Assembly (NCBI GenBank): GCA_963666985.2
Contig: CAXXIA010000002.1
Location: 1,312,001 to 1,376,000, forward strand
Origin: Spirochaetia bacterium
Lineage (GTDB): Bacteria > Spirochaetota > Spirochaetia > DSM-2461
Length of the DNA: 64,000 nt
Direction of reading: 5' to 3'
How positions within the stretch are numbered: the stretch's first letter is position 1; each line of letters starts with the position of its first letter. The notes below the pieces were generated by a model, which saw nothing but the letters and a program-made list of their open reading frames with translations, did no database searches and was not told where the DNA came from. Positions 9,162-18,595 of the stretch are shown here, in pieces. The translations under genes and the position numbers were made by a program.

Positions 9162-10439
9162 TCACTCCGGCGCGGATTCGGTCCACATTCCGATAAGATT
9201 CAGAATAACGGCAACGGAGCGAACCATGGCGGGCACGGCCACCCATTCATACCGGCTGTGGAAATTCAAACCGCCCGCGAAGATGTTCGGAGTCGGGATT
9301 CCCATGGCGGTTAAACGCGACCCGTCGGTACCGCCGCGGATGGGCCGCTCGATCGGTTCGATGCCCGACGCGCGAACCGCGTTATGAAGCGTTTTAATCA
9401 GGAGGGGATGCTTTTCCACTTCCTCCCTCATGTTTCTGTACTGCTCCTTCGGTTCCACGCTCACCGTACCGCCGGGGAACGCGGCCTCAACCGCGGAAGC
9501 GAAGGAATACAGCGCCTCGGTACGCCGCTTCATGTCATCGGCATCGAAACTTCGGTAGAACACCTGCACGAAAGCGTTTTCCAGTTCACCCTCAATACGA
9601 TGCGGCCAGTAGTTACCATACCGGCCGTCTGTGGCCTCCGGACTCTCATTTCGGGGAAGCATCGCCGTAAACGCCGCCGCCATGGAAACGGCGTTTACAA
9701 GCTTGCCCCGGGCCGCGCCGGGATGAATAACCCGGCCTTTAAAGCGAATATCGGCCTTCCAGGCGTAATAGCATTCGGTCTCAACCTCACCCTCGCGGCC
9801 GCCGTCCAGAGTAAAACAATAGGCGGATTGAAGACGCTCCACCGGGAAACGATTCATCCCGCATCCGGTTTCTTCATCGGGAGTGAATATAATCTCCAAG
9901 TCGCCTCTCGGAGCCTCGGGATGCCGAAGGAGCCAGTTGGCCGCCGTCATAATCTCGGCGATGCCGGCTTTGTCGTCGGCGCCCAAAAGAGTCGTTCCGT
10001 CGGATGTGATAACCGTTTCGCCCTCGTAATCGGCCAAAGGGGTTTCGGCGGGATTCAGAACAATGCCGTCTTTCAGTTCAATCACGCCTCCGTCGTAGCG
10101 CGTATGAACACAAGGCCGCACATCCGCGCCGGGGGCGTCCTGACTCGTATCGACATGGGCCATAAAGCCGAAGCCCGGAACCGCTTTTCCATCAGGCAGA
10201 TTTCCGGGGATACGGGCGATGAGGTATCCGAAGTCATCCAGATAAACATCATCAACACCGATTTCCTTCAGCTCCTTTTCCAAAAGCCGCAGGAGCATCC
10301 ATTGCCCTTCGGTGGACGGAGTCTTCTTTACGGCAATCTCTTCGTTCCCGGTCGTATTAATCCGGACGTATCGGAGGAAGCGTTCCTGAACCTCCTCTAT
10401 GGTATCCGCGAGTACGTTCTCGTATGTGTAAGGTTTCAT
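9162..10439 (-). CDS. pepT: Peptidase T (M20B tripeptidase)
   Basis: AHVDT, LLGADDKAG, TPDEE, IRGGTDGS, NFHSRYEW. Confidence 0.97.
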   Translation of the reverse strand: MKPYTYENVLADTIEEVQERFLRYVRINTTGNEEIAVKKTPSTEGQWMLLRLLEKELKEIGVDDVYLDDFGYLIARIPGNLPDGKAVPGFGFMAHVDTSQDAPGADVRPCVHTRYDGGVIELKDGIVLNPAETPLADYEGETVITSDGTTLLGADDKAGIAEIMTAANWLLRHPEAPRGDLEIIFTPDEETGCGMNRFPVERLQSAYCFTLDGGREGEVETECYYAWKADIRFKGRVIHPGAARGKLVNAVSMAAAFTAMLPRNESPEATDGRYGNYWPHRIEGELENAFVQVFYRSFDADDMKRRTEALYSFASAVEAAFPGGTVSVEPKEQYRNMREEVEKHPLLIKTLHNAVRASGIEPIERPIRGGTDGSRLTAMGIPTPNIFAGGLNFHSRYEWVAVPAMVRSVAVILNLIGMWTESAPE

Positions 10440-12133
10440 TTCATTACGCCGCCTGAATGGGATTCCGCCGATTCTTCCTCGGCATTCACGTCATCTTCCG
10501 GACCGCCGAAGAGTCCGGCGAGCATATCGCGCTCCATGGTGTCGGATCCGGAAACCTGCTCGGCGCTCCGGAACAGTTCCTTCAAAGAAAGAATCTCTTC
10601 GGTAAACAGAAGCCGGACGAAAGTCTCCTGCTCGGGGGGAACGGTGGCCGTAATGGCCGAACCGTCTCGGGATAAGGTAAACAGCACGGCGTCTTTCTGC
10701 ACAGCGTAAACAGGCCTGCGGTTTCCCACCCGCCGGGGAAAGAACTCGGCTTCTCGAAAAGCTTCCAGAAGCCGGGAGAGAACGAATTCCGCCAAAGCGT
10801 CGCTCGGCATTTCCAGAGACACGGGACGAAGATCCGATTTGTTATCCGCATTAAGCTGTCTTTTAAAACCGCCGCCGCCCGAAAAGGCTTTCACCAGCAA
10901 GGGAGGGGCAACAAGGTTCGAAATAAGCATCGCCATGACGGCTACGCCGAAAAGACCGGTATCCAAAACCCCTACCGAGAGTCCGAGTCCGGCCATGATG
11001 AGCGTTACCTCTCCCCGCGGCAGCATGCCGGCGCCGATTCGAAAGGCCCCTTTCAGGCTGAATCCCCTCATTAAGGAAGGAATGCCGCAGCCGAGGATTT
11101 TCCCCGTAATACCCAGAAGCGCGTAAACCAAACCGTACACGGCGACTTTCGGCAGGGCTTTAAAATCAACGAGCATGCCCATCACGCAGAAAAAAACCGG
11201 AACGATGAAGGAATGAATGCCTTCCATCCGCAGGCGGATATCCTCGGCGACATCGGTGCTGGATAATGCCAAGCCCATCACGTAAGCGCCGATAATCATC
11301 GCCAAACCCGCCATCTCGGAGAGTCCGGCCAGAAGCAGTGCCAACCCGAAAGCAATCATCGCCAGAGTCTCCAGATCCTTTAAACCTTTCAGACCCTTTG
11401 TCAGACGCGGCGCCAGGAGAATCCCGATGATGGTGCTGCCGAGCCAAAATCCGAAAGCCTTGAGGGCCGTACGGCCGACAATCCCCCAATCGACATGCCC
11501 CGAAGGACCGCCGTGAGTGTTCACAAGACCGACGACGACGGCCAAAAGGACAATGCCCAGCACATCGTCGAGCACAGCGGCCGAGAGAATCGTTACGCCT
11601 TCCGGACTGGAAAGCTTTCTGCGTTCCGAAAGGATGCGGGCCGTAATCCCCACACTCGTTGCCGTGGCGATGATTCCCATGAACAGGGCTTTCGGATCCA
11701 TCAAGTGATGCACATCAGGCATGAAAAGCACGGCGGAACCGGCACCGAAAAAGAACGTCGCCAAAACACCGCCCAATCCCACAAAAGAACCCGTACCGGC
11801 GAAACGCAGGAAGGTTTTCAGATCGGTCTCCAGTCCGGAAAGGAACAGAAGAACAATGGAAGCCACGGTGGCAAATCCGTAGAGTTCGGCCGTAACCGGC
11901 AGCTCCATTCCCGCTGATAATGCGAAAAGGGGCTCTCCGTGAAAAAACGGCAGAGGGATTCCTCCGAGGGCGAAGGGACCGATAACCATTCCGGAGATTA
12001 GCTCTCCCAGAACCGAGGGCTGTTTAAAATATCTGGAAACAAGATAGCCGAACGTCTTGGCAAAAATAACGATAACCGCCAGTTGAAGAACAAGCTTGGT
12101 CATCAGATGAGTCAGCGACGGTGCTTCGTGCAT
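10436..12133 (-). CDS. CPA2-family cation:proton antiporter (NapA-like) with C-terminal soluble extension
   Basis: QPSVLGE, ATSVGIT, AAVLDDV, GMLPRGEV motifs; ~12 TM segments. Confidence 0.9.
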   Translation of the reverse strand: MHEAPSLTHLMTKLVLQLAVIVIFAKTFGYLVSRYFKQPSVLGELISGMVIGPFALGGIPLPFFHGEPLFALSAGMELPVTAELYGFATVASIVLLFLSGLETDLKTFLRFAGTGSFVGLGGVLATFFFGAGSAVLFMPDVHHLMDPKALFMGIIATATSVGITARILSERRKLSSPEGVTILSAAVLDDVLGIVLLAVVVGLVNTHGGPSGHVDWGIVGRTALKAFGFWLGSTIIGILLAPRLTKGLKGLKDLETLAMIAFGLALLLAGLSEMAGLAMIIGAYVMGLALSSTDVAEDIRLRMEGIHSFIVPVFFCVMGMLVDFKALPKVAVYGLVYALLGITGKILGCGIPSLMRGFSLKGAFRIGAGMLPRGEVTLIMAGLGLSVGVLDTGLFGVAVMAMLISNLVAPPLLVKAFSGGGGFKRQLNADNKSDLRPVSLEMPSDALAEFVLSRLLEAFREAEFFPRRVGNRRPVYAVQKDAVLFTLSRDGSAITATVPPEQETFVRLLFTEEILSLKELFRSAEQVSGSDTMERDMLAGLFGGPEDDVNAEEESAESHSGGVMK

Positions 12134-12585
12134 TATTTTCCCCCGAGAAAAACTGCCAGTACCTCTGATGCATCCTTCGCCTTGAGGATTTTGTCCCGCT
12201 GCTCAGGCTTGGTAAGAAGTCCGCTCACTTCGGCCAGGAATTGAAGATGAGGCCCCGCCTGACTCGCCGGTGAAATGGTCATAATGAAGATTCGCGCCGG
12301 TCTTTTATCCATACAGTCGAAATCCACCGGAGCGCTGCTCACGGCGATAACGGCATGCAAATCAGAAACTTCATTGGTTTTCCCGTGAGGAATCGCGATA
12401 CCGTTCTTCATGCCGGTAGACATCTGGGATTCTCTTTCGAGAACCGCTTTATAAATGGCGTTACGGTCCAATCCGGCGTCGTTGGCGACGATGATGTCCA
12501 CCAATTCATTGATGATTTCATCCTTGGTGGTGCCGGGCAGGCCGATCTTGACCGAATTTTCCGTCAAAACCTTCTTAAGATTCAT
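12133..12585 (-). CDS. PTS EIIA (fructose/Ntr-type) component
   Basis: ERE..MSTG...GIAIPHGK, VDFD..D..P, HLQFLA motifs; stop overlaps antiporter start (TAATG). Confidence 0.92.
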   Translation of the reverse strand: MNLKKVLTENSVKIGLPGTTKDEIINELVDIIVANDAGLDRNAIYKAVLERESQMSTGMKNGIAIPHGKTNEVSDLHAVIAVSSAPVDFDCMDKRPARIFIMTISPASQAGPHLQFLAEVSGLLTKPEQRDKILKAKDASEVLAVFLGGK

Positions 12586-12591
12586 GTTAAC

Positions 12592-12620
12592 AAACTAGAC
12601 TCCGCCGCCGCCAAGGTCAA
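12592..12620 (-). promoter_or_regulatory. Sigma70-type promoter of the EIIA-antiporter-pepT operon (probably leaderless)
   Basis: TTGACC-N17-TAGTTT ending 6 nt before the ATG at 12585. Confidence 0.55.
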
Positions 12621-12716
12621 TAGAGTCCGCTTAAAACAACACCGGCAATAACAAAGCTTCCGTTAAATAACACCTTCCCGGACAATAAAATAGGTTCCGG
12701 CACAACCGACTGCGTC

Positions 12717-12745
12717 TTGACCCGCCCGGGAGGGCGGGATATGAT
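12717..12745 (+). promoter_or_regulatory. Sigma70 promoter of tRNA-Arg
   Basis: TTGACC-N17-TATGAT, 18 nt upstream of the tRNA. Confidence 0.7.
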
Positions 12746-12763
12746 GCCTCTGCATTTGCGAAC

Positions 12764-12836
12764 GCCCCGGTAGCTCAGAGGATAGAGCAACTGCCTCCTA
12801 AGCAGTAGGTCAGCCGTTCGAGTCGGCTTCGGGGTA
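12764..12836 (+). tRNA. tRNA-Arg (anticodon CCT)
   Basis: Cloverleaf: GCCCCGG/TCGGGGT acceptor, TAGCTCAG D-arm, ACTGC-CTCCTAA-GCAGT anticodon arm, GTTCGAG T-loop; CCA not encoded. Confidence 0.96.
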
Positions 12837-12958
12837 ATTCCATCGAATTCATACGCCGCTCCTCCGCTCTGCGCACGCGTTCCTTTTTGCGTGTTATTGA
12901 CCCGGTTCTCATAAGTCCGTAACGTTGTGCAATTGAACTTCCTTTGGGAGGGGAAATC

Positions 12959-13552
12959 ATGATACCGCAAGATCTGCATATTCATACCGTTTACTCAACC
13001 GGAGACAGCTCCGTCGTATCGCAGCAAACGCCCGAGCTTATCGCCGAGGTTCGTCATGCCCGCGTTATCGGAATAAGCGATCATATCGAATATCTTTATG
13101 AGCCGGTCTTCCTTAAGTATGCCGAGAAAGTACGGGGGCTGGGCTTCCGCCTGGGTGCCGAAATCGTCAATTACAGCGATATTGATTTTTCTTTGTCGCT
13201 GCCGCTGGAATACCGGGTATTCCACTGTTATGACGAAGACAAATATTATGCGGCGGCCGAGCGTCTTCTGGAATCCGGCGACCCGCTGATTATCGCGCAT
13301 CCCATGGCTCTCGGAACCGATCTTGGGAAAGTGCCTCCGGAGTGCTTCGTGGAGATCAACAACCGCTATATTTGGCGCAACGACTGGGAAGCCTTCTTCA
13401 CACCGTGGAAAGACAGATTTCGATTTATCTTCTCTTCGGACGCTCATCAGCCGAACTGGCTGAACCAAAATGTCGCCCGATACGTCGGTGAAAGCCTGGG
13501 TATTCAAGAAACCATAATTTTTGGTGAAAACGCTCGGGAACACGTCGCTTGA
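12959..13552 (+). CDS. PHP-domain phosphoesterase
   Basis: DLHIHT, ISDH, AHP, SSDAH metal-binding motifs; GGGAGG SD before ATG 12959. Confidence 0.88.
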   Translation: MIPQDLHIHTVYSTGDSSVVSQQTPELIAEVRHARVIGISDHIEYLYEPVFLKYAEKVRGLGFRLGAEIVNYSDIDFSLSLPLEYRVFHCYDEDKYYAAAERLLESGDPLIIAHPMALGTDLGKVPPECFVEINNRYIWRNDWEAFFTPWKDRFRFIFSSDAHQPNWLNQNVARYVGESLGIQETIIFGENAREHVA

Positions 13553-13553
13553 T

Positions 13554-13660
13554 CAGCAGCTGTTTCGCAACGCGAAATAGCGAGCCCAACAGCTGATTTG
13601 CGGAGCAAATTAGCGATTCAACGAGCCCAGCAGCTGTTTCGCGGCGCGAAACGGCGGGCT
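13554..13660. repeat. Three tandem REP-like palindromic units (10-bp stems, 3-nt loops)
   Basis: gctgtttcgc-aac-gcgaaatagc / gctgatttgc-gga-gcaaattagc / gctgtttcgc-ggc-gcgaaacggc, each preceded by ca(g/a)ca. Confidence 0.75.
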
Positions 13661-13682
13661 TGGCGGCATCGATCAAAAGAAT

Positions 13683-13715
13683 AAAAAAAGGACCGTCTTC
13701 GAAAAAACGGTCCTT
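13683..13715 (-). terminator. Intrinsic terminator downstream of tRNA-Asp
   Basis: aaggaccgt...acggtcctt stem followed by a T7 tract on the minus strand. Confidence 0.8.
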
Positions 13716-13721
13716 AGGAGG

Positions 13722-13795
13722 CGGAAGTGACGGGGGTCGAACCCGCGATCTCCGGCTTGACAGGCCGGCGCGATAACCAGCTTCGCTACACCTCC
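13722..13795 (-). tRNA. tRNA-Asp (anticodon GTC)
   Basis: Reverse complement GGAGGTGTAGCGAAGCTGGTTATCGCGCCGGCCTGTCAAGCCGGAGATCGCGGGTTCGACCCCCGTCACTTCCG folds as a cloverleaf; TTGACC-N18-TATATT promoter upstream. Confidence 0.96.
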
Positions 13796-13880
13796 AACGC
13801 GAGAACAGAATATAGAGCAAAGACCTCCGATTGGTCAAGCCGGAAAATCGGATCGGCACCGAATCGGGCGGGGCGGGTTC

Positions 13881-15662
13881 CTATTCCAAAAGGACCGATT
13901 CTTTGGATAAGGCCTCCGGGTCCAATCCCCTGGCTTTGTATATGGATTCGGCCGGCGAATGCAGTTCAGGAGCGACATACTCCCAGATCCGTACCAATTC
14001 TTCCCGTAGTTCGCGATACCTCTTCAGCCGAGCCAAACCTCTTTCCCGAACGGAAGGAGCCATGGACTCCATTAAGGCTTTCTGTTCTTCGGCCGAATCT
14101 TCCAAAGCAAGACTTCGCTCCCTGATTGTTTCGGCTTTCTCAAGAACTTCCGGATCGCGGGAATCGAAATACTTGTGCATCATTTCGAAAGATTCTCTTA
14201 AGACTTCCCTGGCCTCCACGGCATAAGCTTCCCGGCGGCGCCAGGCCAGAAGATAGGGATCGCCGCCGCCGGTGATAACCGCGTCCAGCTCAGCGAATTC
14301 TTCGCCGATCCTCCAAGCCTGTTTGAGCGACAGAATGGTTTCCGAATACAGACGGGACGTTCGCGTCTTTTCCAGAAAAACCTCAAGCTCTTCTTTTTCC
14401 GAAAGCGTGATGAGTAAAAAAATCCCCCGACTGTTCGCTTTGCCCCTCTCGTCGGTCACAAGCCAGGAATCACCCTCATCGCGAAGATAATTCAAAGCTT
14501 CCTGTGTGCCGAGCAAACTCTCACCGAGCAGCACGCGGCGGACTTCGGCAAGTGAGCGCTCACCGAATGATTCAAGAGCTTCCCGAGCGGTTTTCCGAAT
14601 CTCCTCGGAAGAATCTCCCAAAGCGGAGGCCAGAACGGGCAGCGCTGACGTGGATGCGATTTCCTTCATAAGACGAACGGCATAAAGCCGGTTGATTTGG
14701 GATGATTCCCGATAGAGTTTTGCGAGAACGGGTACGGCTTCATCTCCGTATGTGCCCAAGGCGGACTCGGCTTTTCCGGAAATGCGTTCGTCGGGATTAT
14801 CAAGCAAACCGATAAGCAGAGGAAGGCTCTCTGGGAAGCGCAATCCCTCGATAACATCGAGAGCGGCGATTCTGGAGCGGATATCACGCTTAGAATCGGC
14901 GGCAACATTATGCAGATTCTCCAGCCCGGATTTCCCGAGAGCCAGAGCGGCAAGCTGAGCTTCCCTGCGAATCTCCGGATGAACGGAAGAAAACGCATCG
15001 GAAAACACCGCAGCGTCCTCCGGATTTCCATAACGGCCGAGAGTTCGGTAGGCAACGGAAGCCGCCAAAGGGTTTGAATCGGAAAGAGCGGCGCGAAGAA
15101 GAGGATTCAAGCGGTCGGTTAAGGAACGAACGGCGCGTGAGGCACTCTCTCGAACCCGGACATCGGGATCGGAAAAGTATTCGATCAGAAAGGCGACCGA
15201 CTCCGTTCCGCCCAAGAGAGGCACCAGAGACAAAGCCTCGGCCCTAACGGCCGCATCCCGGCTTCCGGCGGACTCAAGAATATAAGGGCGAAACAAGTCC
15301 GGTTCCGCAAGAATGGCGCGTTTTGCCTCACCCGATACATCGGGATGAGAATCCAGAGCGGAATCCATGATGTACGGACGAAGCTTATCGGCTCCGGATT
15401 GTACCGCGAGGATAACCCCGGCCCGACGATAATCGGGTTTCTCATTCTTCATCAGTTTCTGAATATCCCGGTAGTCCTCGGGAGTAATAACGAATTGTTC
15501 ACCCGCCAGCGCGGCTTCAACCATATCCTTCAGAAACGCAGGATCGTCCAGAACAAGATCGGTGGTACTCCGGCAGGAAAAGAGAAAGAGTGCCGCCGAG
15601 AAAGCGGCCGCGGCGAAATGGAGAAAAACCCTTGGGCGGAATATTCGGCGGATCGGCACCAT
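13881..15662 (-). CDS. HEAT-repeat lipoprotein
   Basis: Lipobox LFLFSC; repeated L.D.D..VR..A..AL HEAT motifs; helical C-terminus. Confidence 0.85.
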   Translation of the reverse strand: MVPIRRIFRPRVFLHFAAAAFSAALFLFSCRSTTDLVLDDPAFLKDMVEAALAGEQFVITPEDYRDIQKLMKNEKPDYRRAGVILAVQSGADKLRPYIMDSALDSHPDVSGEAKRAILAEPDLFRPYILESAGSRDAAVRAEALSLVPLLGGTESVAFLIEYFSDPDVRVRESASRAVRSLTDRLNPLLRAALSDSNPLAASVAYRTLGRYGNPEDAAVFSDAFSSVHPEIRREAQLAALALGKSGLENLHNVAADSKRDIRSRIAALDVIEGLRFPESLPLLIGLLDNPDERISGKAESALGTYGDEAVPVLAKLYRESSQINRLYAVRLMKEIASTSALPVLASALGDSSEEIRKTAREALESFGERSLAEVRRVLLGESLLGTQEALNYLRDEGDSWLVTDERGKANSRGIFLLITLSEKEELEVFLEKTRTSRLYSETILSLKQAWRIGEEFAELDAVITGGGDPYLLAWRRREAYAVEAREVLRESFEMMHKYFDSRDPEVLEKAETIRERSLALEDSAEEQKALMESMAPSVRERGLARLKRYRELREELVRIWEYVAPELHSPAESIYKARGLDPEALSKESVLLE

Positions 15663-15738
15663 CCTTCTTATTCTCGGCCGTCAGGCCTCTTCTGAAAAGC
15701 CGGTCTTCATTACGGATGAATAGAAGAAAAGAAGGATC

Positions 15739-17511
15739 TTACTCCAAGGCTTCCGAGAAACTCTCGTCGTCCATGAAAAGAACGAAAGGAACTCCCGAGT
15801 CCCGGCCGTACTCGTCGATGCCGTCTTCCGACTGAACAACCAAAATCCCCGACTCCCAATCAGGATCGTTTCCGTCGTTATTGCCGATCTCCACATCATC
15901 AAAACGGATGATGAAATCCCGGCCGGCGAACTCAACGGTCAATTCGTCCGTTCTGGGCAGGAAATTCTCATCATCCGGCCAATTTGATCCTTCATGCGTC
16001 CAAGTTCCCGCAACGTCCAGTCCGTCCAGCCCGCCGCCGCCGTCCTTCATAAAGGTACCGTCCAGAAGAAAGAGAGAATTCCGATAACCGGAATAATTCT
16101 GATATCGACGGTAATTGGTTCCGAAAAAACCGTTCCGATCGATTCCGTGACTGTAAGTTCCTTCATCACCTTCAATGCAGTCTTCTTTCAAATCACCCCA
16201 AACGGAACCGGTCTCATACCACAAATCTTTGAACGACAGCCGAATGCTGTTCAGAGTCCCCAGGAGCACCTCTTCATTGGAAAGCATTCTCGAGCCTTCC
16301 GTCTCGCCGCTCTCTCCCGCCGAATCACCGGAGGCGGAGAACGCTTCCGCCTTGTAGCGGGGATAACCGGTTAGAAACAGAGCATCGTAATCCCGATACG
16401 CATAGGAATCTCCCGAAGCAACGGCGATGTCCTCGGCAACGGCAACCCACTCGCCGCCGCCGTCGTCCAGCCGGAAGAGAGTGTAGGTAAGATCGACGCT
16501 TTGCGGCCGAATCTCAATCTCCGTGTAATATCCGTTCCCGTCCCGGAGGATTCCTTCAGACTCAAGAGTCGTCGCCGTAACCTCCGGTTCTACGGTTAAG
16601 GCATTTCCGATGCCGACGGTATAGGGCGAGAGTCCGGTAAACACCGGATCGTAAGTACCCGCGGCGAGATTCTCCTCGTACCATTCGGCATTAATAAAGT
16701 TCCCTTGGTCATCGACATATCCCGCGGGATCGTATTCGTAGAACTTCCGTGATTTCCCGTCCGGGTCGGTGCAGTATGCTTCCACGGGACCCCATTCGGT
16801 AGGGACTTCCTGACCCAAAATGCTGTCCGAATCGGTGGGAACGGCGAAGGCAAAGAAAAGACGCGTGTAGGTATCCACCGCAACCAGATAGTTATCCAAA
16901 TCGACGATAACGGCCGTTCCCGTAAAACGGTAAAAGACAAAGCGCTCCATCCGGGTTTCGTCACCGCTCCCGAAACACGCCGTATTGTAAGAACTCTCGG
17001 CGGAGAAGAAAGGATTCAGCCCCCGATAAGCATAGTAATTCATATCGGAAATGGTGTTGCCCTGCGCGGACGAATTCGCTCCGAGATAATAAAATTCGTT
17101 CTTCTCGGCGTTCAGCTCTTCCCAGGTTCCGTCTTCGTACCACATCGTCGGGACATTTTCATCGTCGAAGGTAGCGCAGATAAGATCGTTTTCCATAATC
17201 GCCGAGGAAGAAAAATCGCCGGTATCCGGAAGCCGTTCCTTCAACGCCGCGAGTTCCTCGGGATACTCCGAGAAAAGATCTTCATCGATCACGCCGTCGG
17301 CACGAATCGCGGAAAAAATCGAGACGCTCCCGGCGGAAGGTTCTTCTTCCTCCACTTCGTCGTCCCAATCGTTATCTTCATCCGCACCATCGTCTTCGTC
17401 GTCATCGGACTGCTGCTGATAGTAGTAATCCATTGAAATTGGTCTGCAGGAGGAAAGCACTAACGACGGTATGCAAAGAAATACAAAAAGAACGGACGTT
17501 TTCAGCCTCAT
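15739..17511 (-). CDS. Uncharacterised acidic lipoprotein
   Basis: 590 aa ORF, lipobox LSSC, Asp/Glu-rich linker after the Cys. Confidence 0.75.
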   Translation of the reverse strand: MRLKTSVLFVFLCIPSLVLSSCRPISMDYYYQQQSDDDEDDGADEDNDWDDEVEEEEPSAGSVSIFSAIRADGVIDEDLFSEYPEELAALKERLPDTGDFSSSAIMENDLICATFDDENVPTMWYEDGTWEELNAEKNEFYYLGANSSAQGNTISDMNYYAYRGLNPFFSAESSYNTACFGSGDETRMERFVFYRFTGTAVIVDLDNYLVAVDTYTRLFFAFAVPTDSDSILGQEVPTEWGPVEAYCTDPDGKSRKFYEYDPAGYVDDQGNFINAEWYEENLAAGTYDPVFTGLSPYTVGIGNALTVEPEVTATTLESEGILRDGNGYYTEIEIRPQSVDLTYTLFRLDDGGGEWVAVAEDIAVASGDSYAYRDYDALFLTGYPRYKAEAFSASGDSAGESGETEGSRMLSNEEVLLGTLNSIRLSFKDLWYETGSVWGDLKEDCIEGDEGTYSHGIDRNGFFGTNYRRYQNYSGYRNSLFLLDGTFMKDGGGGLDGLDVAGTWTHEGSNWPDDENFLPRTDELTVEFAGRDFIIRFDDVEIGNNDGNDPDWESGILVVQSEDGIDEYGRDSGVPFVLFMDDESFSEALE

Positions 17512-17531
17512 AACCCATTCCCGCCTTTTTC

Positions 17532-18410
17532 CTACAGTTTGAACGCCAGGCCCAGAGTCACTCCGAATTCCAAGGAATCGAGCCGGTAATCAGGGAACTC
17601 CCTGTTGGGATCGAAGTCCGGATTATCGGCCAGGGCCATATCCAGCAGACTCGGCGGGATGGTAAGAAACTTCGGTTTGAAGAAACTGTAATCAACAAAG
17701 GCGCCGAGTACCAATTCGGTCGTCGGGAGGATAAAAATGTTGTACTCAAAATTCAGCCGCGCGGAAAGCATAAAGGGATTGGCCTTCTCCCGGATCTCTT
17801 CGGAAACGATAACGGTCCCGACTTCCGTATCGATGATATCCGGTTCGGTGCTGTAACACAGGTATTCCGGCGTCATGTCGGCGATCATTCGGCCGCCGAT
17901 CGACAAACCGACAGACAGCTTATTGTCGAAAAAATACGCTTTCCCCGTTACGCCGAAATTGATCACCGGAAGGTAGTCGACCGAGACGAAAATGTCGAAC
18001 TCCTCGCCGCTTTCCTCGGCGGTGATAATCTGCGAAGTGTTTCCCTGGGAAAACCCAAGATAAAGAAAAACACCCGCACCGCTGAAGGGTGAGGCTTTTT
18101 TGAACGTGAAAAAATCGTCGGAACGGAAAATATAACCGACTTCAACCTCGCCGCCCATCAGCAGATTGCTCATGTTGCCGGTCATTCCGGTGGCCCGGCT
18201 GTTCAGGTATTCCAGGCTTTCGTCACTGATTTTCGGCAAAGTCAATCCTCCGGCAAATTGGGAGCGTAATTGGAGATTGAATCCGCTCTCGAAGCCGTGA
18301 AGGAGCGCGGGAATGAAGAAGAGGACCATAAGAAGCACCGATAAAGGATGCGGACTTTTCGGAAGGAAAAAACAAACAGAAAAAACAGAAGGTTTCAATG
18401 AGGGGCGCAT
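17532..18410 (-). CDS. Putative outer-membrane beta-barrel protein
   Basis: Signal peptide, amphipathic strands (GGEVEVGYIF, NFGVTGKAYF, SARLNFEYNI), C-terminal strand EFGVTLGLAFKL. Confidence 0.6.
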   Translation of the reverse strand: MRPSLKPSVFSVCFFLPKSPHPLSVLLMVLFFIPALLHGFESGFNLQLRSQFAGGLTLPKISDESLEYLNSRATGMTGNMSNLLMGGEVEVGYIFRSDDFFTFKKASPFSGAGVFLYLGFSQGNTSQIITAEESGEEFDIFVSVDYLPVINFGVTGKAYFFDNKLSVGLSIGGRMIADMTPEYLCYSTEPDIIDTEVGTVIVSEEIREKANPFMLSARLNFEYNIFILPTTELVLGAFVDYSFFKPKFLTIPPSLLDMALADNPDFDPNREFPDYRLDSLEFGVTLGLAFKL

Positions 18411-18595
18411 GATTGCCTTCCTTGGTGAATCGGTATGCGATGATTCGCTTCATCGCTTTTTAACAGTAATGATAACACAAATATTTTAACATAGCCTAAT
18501 TCCGGGAAAGAAGGCGCAGATCCTCCGGCCATTGCATCCCCGGCCGAACGCCGCCCGCCCTTGAGGCAATCCCCCCTGCGGATTATCCTCGTTCA

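Noticed and set aside
13554..13660. Possible mini CRISPR array
   Set aside because: The units are abutting divergent hairpins with no 30-40 nt unique spacers and no cas genes; reported as REP-like instead.
12764..13795. tRNA-anchored integrative element
   Set aside because: No integrase and no duplicated tRNA 3' end (att site) found.
15663..15738. Mini-ORF relay between the two lipoprotein genes
   Set aside because: A short ORF exists, but neither end overlaps a flanking start or stop. This is a counter-example showing the relay is not universal.
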